A DNA stretch of 19,297 nt from Nitrospinota bacterium (GTDB taxonomy: Bacteria > UBA8248): positions 1 to 19,297 of the forward strand of contig JASLZZ010000014.1 of assembly GCA_030754595.1 (NCBI GenBank), written 5' to 3'. A model generated the notes under the pieces. It made no database searches. It saw only the letters and a program-made list of their open reading frames with translations, and was not told the DNA's origin. Below, piece by piece: positions 1-9,637 of this stretch (position 1 is its first letter; each line of letters begins with the position of its first letter). Made by a program: the position numbers and the translations under genes.

Positions 1-16
1 CCGGGCCCACGACCCG

Positions 17-1030
17 CTAAAGCTTGTGCAACTCGGGAAGGAGTTCGCCCGAGATCAACCGCATGCTGTGGAGCGCGGTCGAGAGCGGCATGCCAGCCCA
101 GTGGGTCCGGACGACGAGATGGTTCACCCCGACCCGCTCCCAGTAGGGTCTGAGCTGCTCATAGCACTCCTCGGGCGAGCCGAGAATAAAGCGGTCCTTC
201 AAAAGCTCGTCGAAGGCCAGATCGAAACTCTCCTCCTCGGGCATGGCCTCGTCCTGTCCCCATTTAAAGTAATCCTTGTACTTCCCGCTGAGATAGGGGC
301 CGCACATCTCAAGCGCCTCGCGGCGGTCCCGGGCGCAGAAAACCTCCTTGATGATGGGAAGCTCCTTCGGAAACGGCCTGCCGCATCGCTCAAGCTCGGC
401 CTTGTAGAGGCCGATCTGACGCAGGTTCGTCGCCGTCGTCGAATGCGGGCTGACGAACCAGGCGTCCCCCAGCCGGGCGGCCCGCTCGACGGCCCCATCG
501 TTGTTCGCAGCGATCCAGATTGGAGGCCCCGGCTTCTGGACGGGCCGGATGTTCATGGTCACGCCTTCGAGCTTGCAGACCTCGCTCTCGTAGGTGATGT
601 TCTCCTCGGTCCAGAGCCGCTGGACGAGTTCCAGGCACTCCTCGAACCGGGCGACGCGCTTTCCTCTGGGCACCTGAAAGGCGTCGAACTCCACCTCCCG
701 GTAGCCGAGGCCCACCCCGAAGATGAAATTCCCCCGGGCGATGACGTCGAGGGTCGCCACCGTCTCGGCGACGTAGACCGGGTTGTGCAGGTTGATGAGC
801 AGGATGCCCAGTCCGATGGTCATGTCCCCCGCCTCGGCGGCGAGCCGCGCCAGGAACGGGACAATCTGGAGCTGTTTGTTATTTCCTTCGTTCAGGTAGT
901 GCTGGCCGGTGAAAAGCGAGTCCCAGCCGCTGTCCCGCGCGTGGCGGACCATGACGTAGTGCTCCTCGAGCGCGCTTACCATGTCCGTTTCGAGATACTG
1001 CTGGTTCGTGAAAAACAGGCCGACCTTCAC
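17..1030 (-). CDS. LLM-class (luciferase-like) flavin-dependent oxidoreductase
   Basis: 337 aa; GTG start preceded by AGGAGG. Family motifs: GWDSLFTGQHY, HNPVYVAETVATLD, FGVGLGYREVEF, PPIWIAAN..AVERAARLGD, GSPEEC. Confidence 0.9.
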   Translation of the reverse strand: MKVGLFFTNQQYLETDMVSALEEHYVMVRHARDSGWDSLFTGQHYLNEGNNKQLQIVPFLARLAAEAGDMTIGLGILLINLHNPVYVAETVATLDVIARGNFIFGVGLGYREVEFDAFQVPRGKRVARFEECLELVQRLWTEENITYESEVCKLEGVTMNIRPVQKPGPPIWIAANNDGAVERAARLGDAWFVSPHSTTATNLRQIGLYKAELERCGRPFPKELPIIKEVFCARDRREALEMCGPYLSGKYKDYFKWGQDEAMPEEESFDLAFDELLKDRFILGSPEECYEQLRPYWERVGVNHLVVRTHWAGMPLSTALHSMRLISGELLPELHKL

Positions 1031-1407
1031 CGGGGCGCCCTCCTATTTTTTCTTTGGGATGCCTCCATTGGGATGCAGGGTTGAAAACCAGCCTATCCGG
1101 CGAGGGCCCGCCTGACAAGAAGGAGCCGGGAGAAAGGGCGTTTTCGGCATCCATCTGCCGAACCAGATGAGCCCCGGCCGGGCGGAATGGCTCACAGGCA
1201 AAGGTTTTCCGGTTCACGAGTGGGACAGCAACAGCCTGAAATCCTATATCATCACAGCCGTCCAAAAGTCACTGACAAAGGCCTCATAGGCCGCGGGGCG
1301 GCCTCCTTCACAGGGGACCGGTCCGCCCTCCTCAGTCCGCTTTTCAAGCCCCGCTCCGGGGCGGCTCCAATGACCCCAACACCCAAGCAGGAACGGCACG
1401 CCCTCGA

Positions 1408-2202
1408 TCACACCAGCCGATAGACGCCCGGATGCTCCTCGGGGAAATTCCGGAGGATTTCGTTATCGTGGCCGGGGAAGATGAGGGTGGGTTTATCGGC
1501 GAGCGCTTTCACCGTGTCGAAAGCCGAGAGGCAGTCGTCCACATGGACGTGGATGCCCGGCGGTATCATCGATTCGAGGCTCCGGAAGACATAGGCGGCG
1601 TCGGCGGCGAGAACGGCCCAGCCCTCCCCGGTGCGGACCCGGACGATCTGAAGACCCGGGGTGTGACCCCCGACGGGATGGACGGTGACGCCGGGGGCGA
1701 TCTCGGCCTCTCCGTCGAGCAGATGGAGGCGTCCCTCACTCTCGAGCCCGGCGGCGTCTTCAAGATCGGTGATGAAATAGCGCAGGAAATGATAGTCGCT
1801 CTCGGGAGCGCGCCAGAACTCGAGCTCCCGCCGCTGGAGGTGAAACTCGGCGCCCGGGTAGAGGCGGGAGGCCGCGAAATGATCCCAATGCAGGTGAGTG
1901 AGGATCACCCGGCTCACGTCGGCGGGCGCGAGGCCGAAGGGCGACAGAAGGTCACGCGGCCGGCGGTAGTCCTCGAATCCGATATAGCGCGACTTGTGGT
2001 CGTCCTCGAGGAACCCGGTGTCCACGAGGATGGGTTCGCCCTCCCCGGGCACGAGGACCCAGAAAAAGTAGGGAACCCGGGTGAGGTGGCCCGGGTTGGT
2101 TAAATAAAGGAGAGTCGAGACGTCGCCCTCCCTCCAGCCCTGGCACAGCGCGTAGATCGCATAGGTGGTCGAACTCAACGGCCGCTCCTCCATGGAAGTC
2201 AT
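1408..2202 (-). CDS. Metallo-beta-lactamase-fold hydrolase, N-acyl homoserine lactonase family-like
   Basis: ILVDTG, THLHWDH (HxHxDH), GGHTPGLQ, LAADA, FPGHD metal-ligand motifs. The start may instead be the second Met at 2193. Confidence 0.88.
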   Translation of the reverse strand: MTSMEERPLSSTTYAIYALCQGWREGDVSTLLYLTNPGHLTRVPYFFWVLVPGEGEPILVDTGFLEDDHKSRYIGFEDYRRPRDLLSPFGLAPADVSRVILTHLHWDHFAASRLYPGAEFHLQRRELEFWRAPESDYHFLRYFITDLEDAAGLESEGRLHLLDGEAEIAPGVTVHPVGGHTPGLQIVRVRTGEGWAVLAADAAYVFRSLESMIPPGIHVHVDDCLSAFDTVKALADKPTLIFPGHDNEILRNFPEEHPGVYRLV

Positions 2203-2334
2203 TTGATATTGTGACCTTAATTATTTTTAATCCCCACCCCCGGGAGGATTATTCCTTGCCCAGCCTGTTCATCTATGTAATTATATTATAAACGTTTGCA
2301 TGATATCTCCCCCTGATTGAGACGGGGAATTATT
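2203..2334. promoter_or_regulatory. AT-rich divergent promoter region between the lactonase-like gene and the mrp operon
   Basis: Visibly AT-rich stretch (ttaattatttttaa, tatgtaattatattataaac) between divergent genes, with an imperfect inverted repeat taatcc...ggatta. Exact promoter boxes cannot be assigned. Confidence 0.5.
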
Positions 2335-4686
2335 TTGGAATCGATTTCCGTAGCTGTTTTCTTCCCTTTCGCGGTAGCCGTCGCGGTTCCCTACTTCGCC
2401 AACCGACACAGATCCATTGCGGCCTGGATGGCTATGCTCGCCCCCGTGGTGAGCCTCTGGGCGCTCGTCCTCCTGTACGGGGAATGGTCGGCGGCGGGCC
2501 GGGGGGCGCTCCTCTATTCCTTCTCCTGGGTTCCCTCGGCGGGCCTGGACGTATCCTTCCTGGTCGATGGCCTCAGCATCATGTGGGGCTTCCTCGTCGC
2601 CGGCGTCGCCTTCCTCATCGTCCTCTATTCGAACTTCTATCTCCACGAACACGAGGACCTGGGGCGCTACTACGGCTGGCTCATCGCCTTCATGGGCTCG
2701 ATGATGGGGGTGGTGTTCGCCGACCATCTGCTCACTCTCTTTATCTCCTGGGAGCTGACCAGCGTCACCTCCTTTTTTCTGATCGGTTTCTGGAGCGATC
2801 GCGAGGCCGCCCTCTACGGCTCCCAAAAGGCGCTGCTCATCACCGGTGGCGGCGGGCTGGCGATGCTCGCGGGTTTTCTCCTTCTGGGCCAGGCGACCGG
2901 GGAATGGCACCTCTCGAAGCTGATCGCCATGAGCGGGGTAGCGGGCAAGGTCTCGCTCGCCGCCTTCGTGCTCATCATCCTGGGCGCGGCCACCAAGAGC
3001 GCCCAGTGGCCTTTCCACATTTGGCTGCCCAACGCGATGGAGGCTCCGACGCCCATCAGCGCGTTTCTCCACTCGGCCACCATGGTGAAGGCGGGAATCT
3101 ACCTTCTATCGCGCTTTTATCCCATCCTCGGGGAGCATCCGGCCTGGGGATACATCGTCATCGGACTCGGGATGACGACCATGATCGCGGGCGGGCTGTT
3201 GTCGCTGCGCGCCTACGACCTCAAGGCAATCCTGGCCTACGGGACGATCAGCCAGCTCGGCCTGATCGTCACCTTCCTGGGCTACGGGGGCCAGGAGGCC
3301 ATCATCGGGAGCACCCTCCATCTTTATAACCACGCGGCGGCGAAGGCGGCCATGTTCATGATCGTGGGGATCATCGACCACGAGACGGGAACGCGCGACG
3401 TCAGGCTGCTCGACCATCTGGCCCGGAGGATGCCGCGCGCTCATATCCTCGCCGTGCTGGCGGCGATCAGCCTCATCGGGGTTCCACCGATGGGCGGATT
3501 CCTCACCAAGGAGATGCTCTACGGCGTGAGCATCCATCCCGGCGGGCCGGGAGAGTGGGCCGCCTTCTGGCCCTGGCTCACCCTCGCCGCGGGGATTATC
3601 ACCGCCCTCTACCATCTGCGCTTCCTGGGCGCTCCTTTCTGGACCCCGGCCGAGGGAACATCCCCCAAGCCGGGCCACGATCCCTCCACCGGCTTCCTCG
3701 CGGCTCCGGCCATTCTCGTGGCCCTGGCGATTGCCTTCGGCGTCGCGCCCGGCCTGATCGAGGGCACTTTCGTGGCCCCCGCCGCGGAGGCCACGCTGGG
3801 CGGCGGCGGCCACCTCGAATTCCACCTCGCCCTCTGGCACGGCGTAAATCAGCCGCTCGTCATGTCCATCATCACGGTGGCGGCCGCAGGTTTTCTTTAC
3901 TGGAAACTCGATTGGGTGTCGGGCATCCTAGACGCCGTGGCGGAAATGTGGAAAAAGGGCCCCGGGCCGAACAAGGCCTACGATGGGGCGATCTTCATCC
4001 TCAAGGAGCGCACCTGGCCCCTGCTTTTATCGCTCCAGGACGGCAACCTCCGCCGCTATCTGCGCTGGTCGATGACGGTGCCCGCCCTCTTGCTCCTCGC
4101 CGCCGCCCTGTGGTTGGACTGGGGCGAGGGCATCTGGCCCGCGTTTAGCGGGGCGACGTTCATCGGCGCCTCGGTTTGCATCCTGATCTCGATCTCGGCG
4201 CTGGCCACCGCCCTGTTTCCGGGCCGGCTCCCGGCCATCCTGGCGCTGGGGACGGCGGGTTATGCCATCGCTAGCCTCTATGTCGTCCTGAAGGCGCCCG
4301 ATCTGGCCCTTACCCAGATCATGATCGAGTCCGCCTCGATCATTCTTTTCCTGCTGGCCTTCTGGTTCCTCCCCGAAATCAAAATCATCCCCAAACCCCT
4401 CAGCCGCCGAGCGCGCGACTGGGGAATCGCCATCTTCCTGGGCGCTTCGTCCGCCGCGGGCATGGCGCTCGCCATGAACTCCCATAACCTCAGAACCATC
4501 GCCGACTACTTCTTTCTCACGAGCAAACCCATCGCCGGGTTCCAGAACGTGGTCAACGCCATCATCGTGGACTACCGGGGCTACGACACCCTGGGGGAGA
4601 TCACCGTATTGGTGATTTCCGGGGTCGCCATCCACGCGATGCTCCGCATCGTGGGCACGATGCAGGACGAGGGGGAGGGCCACTAG
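2335..4686 (+). CDS. mrpA: Multisubunit Na+/H+ antiporter subunit A
   Basis: NuoL-like motifs: WELTSVTSFFLIG, TKSAQWPFHIWLPNAMEAPTPISAFLHSATMVKAG, APDLALTQ, NVVNAIIVDYRGYDTLGE. Likely TTG start at 2335 after GGGGA; the ORF is open from 2317. Confidence 0.95.
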   Translation: MESISVAVFFPFAVAVAVPYFANRHRSIAAWMAMLAPVVSLWALVLLYGEWSAAGRGALLYSFSWVPSAGLDVSFLVDGLSIMWGFLVAGVAFLIVLYSNFYLHEHEDLGRYYGWLIAFMGSMMGVVFADHLLTLFISWELTSVTSFFLIGFWSDREAALYGSQKALLITGGGGLAMLAGFLLLGQATGEWHLSKLIAMSGVAGKVSLAAFVLIILGAATKSAQWPFHIWLPNAMEAPTPISAFLHSATMVKAGIYLLSRFYPILGEHPAWGYIVIGLGMTTMIAGGLLSLRAYDLKAILAYGTISQLGLIVTFLGYGGQEAIIGSTLHLYNHAAAKAAMFMIVGIIDHETGTRDVRLLDHLARRMPRAHILAVLAAISLIGVPPMGGFLTKEMLYGVSIHPGGPGEWAAFWPWLTLAAGIITALYHLRFLGAPFWTPAEGTSPKPGHDPSTGFLAAPAILVALAIAFGVAPGLIEGTFVAPAAEATLGGGGHLEFHLALWHGVNQPLVMSIITVAAAGFLYWKLDWVSGILDAVAEMWKKGPGPNKAYDGAIFILKERTWPLLLSLQDGNLRRYLRWSMTVPALLLLAAALWLDWGEGIWPAFSGATFIGASVCILISISALATALFPGRLPAILALGTAGYAIASLYVVLKAPDLALTQIMIESASIILFLLAFWFLPEIKIIPKPLSRRARDWGIAIFLGASSAAGMALAMNSHNLRTIADYFFLTSKPIAGFQNVVNAIIVDYRGYDTLGEITVLVISGVAIHAMLRIVGTMQDEGEGH

Positions 4687-5124
4687 ATGCGCTCGCTCAT
4701 CCTTAGAACGATTGCGCCGATCGTGTTGCACCTGACGCTGATCTTCTCGCTATTTCTCCTGCTCTACGGGCACAACCAGCCGGGCGGTGGCTTTATCGCC
4801 GGCCTCATGACGGCGGTGGGAATTGTTCTTCAGTGGGTCACCTTCGACGCCGACGACGGGTGGCACCGCTACAACTGGCCCTGGGACCGCATCTTCTCCT
4901 ACGGCCTGGCCCTTTCGGCCTGCGTCGGCTTGTTCGGGCTTCTTTCGGGATACTTCCTCAAGGGCTCGGCCTACGAGTTCAACCTTCCGTTCATCGGCGA
5001 GGTCGAGGTGTTGACGGCGTTTTTCTTCGACGTCGGCGTCTACGCGGTGGTGGTCGCCGTGTTGCTGTCGATCCTGACGACCTTCTGCGACCGCCGCGCG
5101 GTCATCCGGGGAACCCCGAAATGA
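4687..5124 (+). CDS. mrpB: Na+/H+ antiporter subunit B
   Basis: GHNQPGGGFIAGL and FFDVGVY motifs; upstream GGAGG SD; operon position. Confidence 0.93.
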   Translation: MRSLILRTIAPIVLHLTLIFSLFLLLYGHNQPGGGFIAGLMTAVGIVLQWVTFDADDGWHRYNWPWDRIFSYGLALSACVGLFGLLSGYFLKGSAYEFNLPFIGEVEVLTAFFFDVGVYAVVVAVLLSILTTFCDRRAVIRGTPK

Positions 5125-5468
5125 TCTGGTTCCTTTCGATCACGATCGGCGTTCTGGTGACGGCGGGAGCCTACCTGGCGATGCAGCGCCGGTTGATCCA
5201 GATGGTGCTGGGATTCTCGCTGCTGAGCCACGCCACCAATCTGATGATCGTCGCCTCGGGATGGGTGGGAGACGGTTTCTCGCCCATCCTGCGCTCCTAC
5301 AAGGCCCCGGACCCTGCCACCTATGTGGACCCCCTGCCGCAGGCGATGGTCCTGACCGCCATCGTGATCAGCTTCGCGGTAACGGCCTTTCTTCTCGTGA
5401 TTGCCCTGATGGCTTACCGCAGTTTCGAGACCGACGACATCGACGAAATGCGGAGGCTCAAAGGATGA
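5121..5468 (+). CDS. mrpC: Na+/H+ antiporter subunit C
   Basis: ATG at 5121 overlaps the mrpB stop (ATGA); LLSHATNL and DPLPQAMVLTAIVISFA motifs. Confidence 0.93.
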   Translation: MIWFLSITIGVLVTAGAYLAMQRRLIQMVLGFSLLSHATNLMIVASGWVGDGFSPILRSYKAPDPATYVDPLPQAMVLTAIVISFAVTAFLLVIALMAYRSFETDDIDEMRRLKG

Positions 5469-6940
5469 ACTTGTTCCTTCCGGTCCCGGTGCTGCTCCCG
5501 CTGGTCACAGCGATCGCCTTGTTCCTGGTCCGCCAACATCAGAAAATCCAGGAGCGCCTCAGCAACGCCTCGCTGGCGGTCAACCTCGCCTTCGCGCTCT
5601 CGCTCCTCTCCGCCACGGCCGGGGGAGATATTTTCATTCACCGGATGGGAATGTGGCCCTTCCCCTTCGGAATCATCCTCGCCGCGGACCGCCTGACGGG
5701 GACGATGGTCGTCCTCGCGGCGGCCATCGTGGCCGCCTGCACCTTGTTCGCCCAGGGATATCTGTCCACGAACCAGCGCCGCGAGGTGTTCCACCCGCTC
5801 ATTCACTTCCAGCTCATGGGCATCCAGGGTGCGTTCATGACGGGCGACCTGTTCAACCTTTTCGTTTTCTTCGAGGTTATGCTCATCTCGACTTACGCGC
5901 TCCTCGCCTTTTACTACAACCTCGACCAGCTCGAGGTGGCCCTCAAATACACTTTCCTCAATCTTGTCGCCTCGGCGATGTTCCTCGTGGGCATATCGTT
6001 TCTCTACGCACAGGTGGGCACCGTCAACATGGCCGATCTATCGGTGAAAATCCGGGAGCTGGGCCCTCAACCGCTCATGGTGGTGACGGCGTTCATCTTT
6101 TTGTTCGTCTTCTCGATGAAGGCGGCGCTGTTTCCGATGCACCTGTGGCTGCCCTCGGCCCACTCGATTTCACCCACCCATATCGGCGCGGTTCTCGCCG
6201 GGGTCCTCGTCAAGGTGGGCATCTACAGCATCATCCGGTGCGCGTGGTTGATCTTTCCGGGTCCGTTCAAAGTCCTTCAGCCCATGATCATGACGATCGC
6301 GCTGGTGACGATCGTCTGGGGCGCGCTGGGGACGCTTCCGCAGCGGAGCCTCAAACGGATTCTGGCCTACTCGACTATCAACCAGCTCGGCTACATCGCC
6401 TTCGGCGTCGCGCTCCTCTCGCCCCTGGGGATGACGGCCGCGATTTTCTACATCGTCAGCCACGCCTTCCTCAAAAGCTCGATGCTCCTGGGAGCGGGAC
6501 TGAACCAGAAGTTGACGGGCACCGTCGATCTCGACGAGATGGGCGGGATGATGGCGAAAGCGCCCTACGCGAGCGCGCTCATGCTAGTGGGTTTCCTCTC
6601 CCTGGCCGGGATTCCGCCGCTGAGCGGTTTTTTCTCGAAATTATTCTTACTCCAGGCGGGGTTCACCCAGGGGGCCTATCTGGCGACCGGGCTGGCGCTT
6701 CTGATGGGCGTCATCTCGCTTTACTACAACTTCACCACCTATCAGCGGATGGCCTGGGGAACGGGCGGGAACGAGGCCCGCGAAGCACCGGCGACCATGT
6801 ATTCGTCGGTCAGCTTCCTGGCCTCGTTCGCGGTGATTTTCGGCATCGGCGCCGCCTGGCTCTACGAGTGGTCTCATCTGGTCGCCAGTCAGATCACACG
6901 GCCCGAGCTATACATCAACGCCATGCGGAACGCGCTTTAG
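5465..6940 (+). CDS. mrpD: Na+/H+ antiporter subunit D
   Basis: ATG at 5465 overlaps the mrpC stop; GDLFNLFVFFEVML, KAALFPMHLWLP, VKVGIY, LAGIPPLSGFFSK motifs. Confidence 0.94.
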   Translation: MNLFLPVPVLLPLVTAIALFLVRQHQKIQERLSNASLAVNLAFALSLLSATAGGDIFIHRMGMWPFPFGIILAADRLTGTMVVLAAAIVAACTLFAQGYLSTNQRREVFHPLIHFQLMGIQGAFMTGDLFNLFVFFEVMLISTYALLAFYYNLDQLEVALKYTFLNLVASAMFLVGISFLYAQVGTVNMADLSVKIRELGPQPLMVVTAFIFLFVFSMKAALFPMHLWLPSAHSISPTHIGAVLAGVLVKVGIYSIIRCAWLIFPGPFKVLQPMIMTIALVTIVWGALGTLPQRSLKRILAYSTINQLGYIAFGVALLSPLGMTAAIFYIVSHAFLKSSMLLGAGLNQKLTGTVDLDEMGGMMAKAPYASALMLVGFLSLAGIPPLSGFFSKLFLLQAGFTQGAYLATGLALLMGVISLYYNFTTYQRMAWGTGGNEAREAPATMYSSVSFLASFAVIFGIGAAWLYEWSHLVASQITRPELYINAMRNAL

Positions 6941-6964
6941 ACGGACGCAAGGAGGAATCTTTCT

Positions 6965-7438
6965 ATGCCGCTTGCCACCCTCGCCTTGAGCATTTCGGTC
7001 ATCTGGCTCCTGCTCAAGGGCGACGGTTCGCCGGGTAATTTCTTCGTCGGGCTGATTTTGGCGATGATTCTGATTTATTTCCTCCGCCGGACCTATCACC
7101 AGGAGCGCTCGTTCCGCCGGGTGGGGGATATCGCTCACTTTCTCATCAATTTCACGCGCGAGTTGATCGTGGCGAATATTCAGGTCCTCAAGATCGTTCT
7201 CTCCCCGCGCATCAGCATCCGCCCCGGCATCATCGCCTTCAAGACCGAGTGCAAGACGCCGCTGGGAATCACCCTCCTCGCCAACTCGATCACCCTGACG
7301 CCGGGGACCCTCAGCGTGGACATCTCCGAGGACCAGACCACCATTTTCATTCACACGCTCGACATCGAGAATCCCGACCAGGTGCGCGACGGCATCCGGC
7401 GGGGCCTCGAGGAGCCCGTGAAGGGGGCCTGCGAGTGA
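6965..7438 (+). CDS. mrpE: Na+/H+ antiporter subunit E
   Basis: Strong SD AAGGAGG; LLANSITLTPGT motif. Confidence 0.93.
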   Translation: MPLATLALSISVIWLLLKGDGSPGNFFVGLILAMILIYFLRRTYHQERSFRRVGDIAHFLINFTRELIVANIQVLKIVLSPRISIRPGIIAFKTECKTPLGITLLANSITLTPGTLSVDISEDQTTIFIHTLDIENPDQVRDGIRRGLEEPVKGACE

Positions 7439-7704
7439 TACAGGGCGCCGTCCATATTGCGCTGGTGATGCTCATCGCCTCGACCGCGCTGAGTTTTTAC
7501 CGGCTGGCGAAAGGTCCCACCACCCCGGACCGGATCATCGCCGCCGACAATATCGCCACCAACCTCACCGGGATTCTCGCCCTGTTCGCGATTCAGACCG
7601 GAGAAAAACTAATCATCATCGCTGTGGTCGCCCTGACGATTCTCAGCTTCGTCGCGACGGCGGTGCTCGCCAAGTTCCTCGAGAGGGGGAAAATCATTGA
7701 GTGA
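7435..7704 (+). CDS. mrpF: Na+/H+ antiporter subunit F
   Basis: GTG at 7435 overlaps the mrpE stop (GTGA); RLAKGPTTPDRIIAAD motif; three hydrophobic segments. Confidence 0.9.
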   Translation: MIQGAVHIALVMLIASTALSFYRLAKGPTTPDRIIAADNIATNLTGILALFAIQTGEKLIIIAVVALTILSFVATAVLAKFLERGKIIE

Positions 7705-8119
7705 TTTCGTCGCCTCCGCCGTTATCCTGGTTGGCGCGTTTTTCATGTTCGTCGCCAGCCTGAGCCTCGTGCGCTTTCCCGACCTCTACACCCGCATGCA
7801 CGGCGCGACGAAGGCCACCACCTTCGGCATGGGCGGAATCTTGATAGCGACGGCCCTGGCTTTCGGCACCACGGACGTGGCGGCTCAGTCCATGTTGGCG
7901 CTCGTATTCTTGTTCCTGACGGCGCCGGTGTCCGGTCACCTGATCTCGCGCGCCGCCTACCGCAATGGGCCCAATCTCACCCCAATCACGACGGTGGACG
8001 ACTACGGCCCCTACCTGGACGCCGAAAAAGCGGCCGACGAGAAAAAAGCCGAAGAGGAAAGCGAGGGCGGCGAGGAAGGAGAGGCGCCCAGCCATCCCTC
8101 GGCGAGCCCGCTCCCCTGA
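7697..8119 (+). CDS. mrpG: Na+/H+ antiporter subunit G
   Basis: TTG start overlapping the end of mrpF; RFPDLYTRMHGATKATT and FLTAPVSGHLISRAAY motifs; acidic C-terminal tail. Confidence 0.92.
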   Translation: MSDFVASAVILVGAFFMFVASLSLVRFPDLYTRMHGATKATTFGMGGILIATALAFGTTDVAAQSMLALVFLFLTAPVSGHLISRAAYRNGPNLTPITTVDDYGPYLDAEKAADEKKAEEESEGGEEGEAPSHPSASPLP

Positions 8120-8174
8120 CCGGCGGTCCGTGCGGCGGCCTTCGCCCGGGCGGAGGCCCGGCGGTCTAGGCCCT

Positions 8175-8204
8175 GTGGTGCCATCGCCCAGGCGATGGCA
8201 CCAC
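8175..8204. repeat. Perfect 14-bp inverted repeat downstream of the mrp operon
   Basis: GTGGTGCCATCGCC-CA-GGCGATGGCACCAC; no U-tract follows. Confidence 0.7.
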
Positions 8205-8270
8205 CCCTTGAAATCCCCCCGGCAATAATGGTTTTATCTCCGGCTGAACGTTTGCGCCTCCACGGCAGGA

Positions 8271-9128
8271 ATGAGCGGAATGAAAGAGAGCGCTGTGAAT
8301 AAGCCCAAGGACATTTACATCGAACGCGGCGGGGTGCGCCTTCACGCCCTCGACCACGGCGGGTTGGACCGGCCGATATTCCTCATGCTCCACGGGGCGG
8401 TGGCCCACGCGCGCTGGTGGGACCCCATCGCCCCCGGCCTCACCGGCCTGGGGAGGCCGATCGCCGTCGATCTGAGGGGCCACGGCGAGAGCGAGTGGGC
8501 CGAGGACTACAGCTACGAGGCGTTCTATAAGGACCTCGGCGCCTGGATCGAATGGGCCAAGGAGGAGAGCGGCGAGCCGCCCGGCGTGGTGGCGCACTCG
8601 TTCGGGGCCGGGACCACCCTCAAGCTCCACGAGGCCGCCAACCCGCGCCTCCGCTTCATCGTCCTGGTTGACGTTCCCCTCGAACTCAGCGAGCGCATCA
8701 TCGGCCCCCTGAGAAAAGTGGCCGACCGGCCGAGCCGGCCCTGGCCCTCCCGGGAGCTGTTCGTCGAAAAATTCCGCGTCGTCCCCTCCGGGGACAACGT
8801 CTCGCCCGAACTCCTCGCCCACGTCGCACGCCACAGCGTCCGCCCGCTCGAGGACGGCACCTGGGCGCTCAAGGCCGATAAATCCTTCCATAAAAACCGG
8901 CCCGTAACCGACTTACGTCCCGGCTGGCGAAAGGTGGAGGCGCCCGCCCTGCTGGTGGTGGGAGCGGAATCGGATCGGCTCACCGAGGCCGACCTGGAGT
9001 GGATACGGGAGTCCCGTGCGGACGTGCGGATCGAGTCCGTCCCGGGGGCCTATCACCACGTCCACCTGGACGCCCCGGAGATTTTTCTGAGTTTGACCCA
9101 GGATTTCTTTTCTTCCATCCTTTATTGA
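8271..9128 (+). CDS. Alpha/beta hydrolase
   Basis: MLHG, DLRGHGES, nucleophile elbow AHSFG, GAESD, catalytic-His region AYHHVH. The start may be GTG 8295. Confidence 0.88.
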   Translation: MSGMKESAVNKPKDIYIERGGVRLHALDHGGLDRPIFLMLHGAVAHARWWDPIAPGLTGLGRPIAVDLRGHGESEWAEDYSYEAFYKDLGAWIEWAKEESGEPPGVVAHSFGAGTTLKLHEAANPRLRFIVLVDVPLELSERIIGPLRKVADRPSRPWPSRELFVEKFRVVPSGDNVSPELLAHVARHSVRPLEDGTWALKADKSFHKNRPVTDLRPGWRKVEAPALLVVGAESDRLTEADLEWIRESRADVRIESVPGAYHHVHLDAPEIFLSLTQDFFSSILY

Positions 9129-9193
9129 CCGGCCGGTCTGTGGCAATCTGATTGGAGACGGCCCGAATCTCATAGCGAACCGGTGAGGCACAG

Positions 9194-9628
9194 ATGGCGG
9201 ACACCCCAAATACAACGGAAACCACCGAGGCGGACTGGTCCGTCTCCGAGGCCGAGTCCGCCACGGCGAACCAGGCGAGCGCCAAGCTGGGTAAGGAGGA
9301 GGACGACAAGGGCGAATTTCTGCTCAACCTTCTCTCGTCCTATTCGAGGCACCGGCTTCTTCCCCTCACCGAGCTCCCGCGCGAGGGCCTGATCCACGCC
9401 TTTCTCGGGGGAGGCATTCACGAACCGCGCGTGATGACCTTCTATCTCTCCGAGGAGCAGGTTTCGCGCCTCACCTCCCTGATGGCTGTGCCCGTCAGCA
9501 AAAACTACGAGAGCGTCACCCTCGACAACCTCAACGAGGTCACCTCCAATCCTCCCCACATGCTTTTGGTCCACATGGAGAATTCGGGCGGAGACGAAGC
9601 GGAAAAGGTCGTCGGCAAGCAGATGTAG
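9194..9628 (+). CDS. Probable N-terminal part of the diguanylate cyclase (first half of a degenerate receiver-like domain), ending at an in-frame TAG
   Basis: GAGG SD before ATG 9194. NPPHMLLVHM resembles the REC PDLILLD strand. Same frame as ORF 9638, separated by TAG plus three sense codons. Confidence 0.55.
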   Translation: MADTPNTTETTEADWSVSEAESATANQASAKLGKEEDDKGEFLLNLLSSYSRHRLLPLTELPREGLIHAFLGGGIHEPRVMTFYLSEEQVSRLTSLMAVPVSKNYESVTLDNLNEVTSNPPHMLLVHMENSGGDEAEKVVGKQM

Positions 9629-9637
9629 GTCCCCACG

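Noticed and set aside
2335..6940. NADH dehydrogenase nuoL/M/N or hydrogenase membrane arm
   Set aside because: The full mrpB, C, E, F, G set is present and no redox subunits are adjacent.
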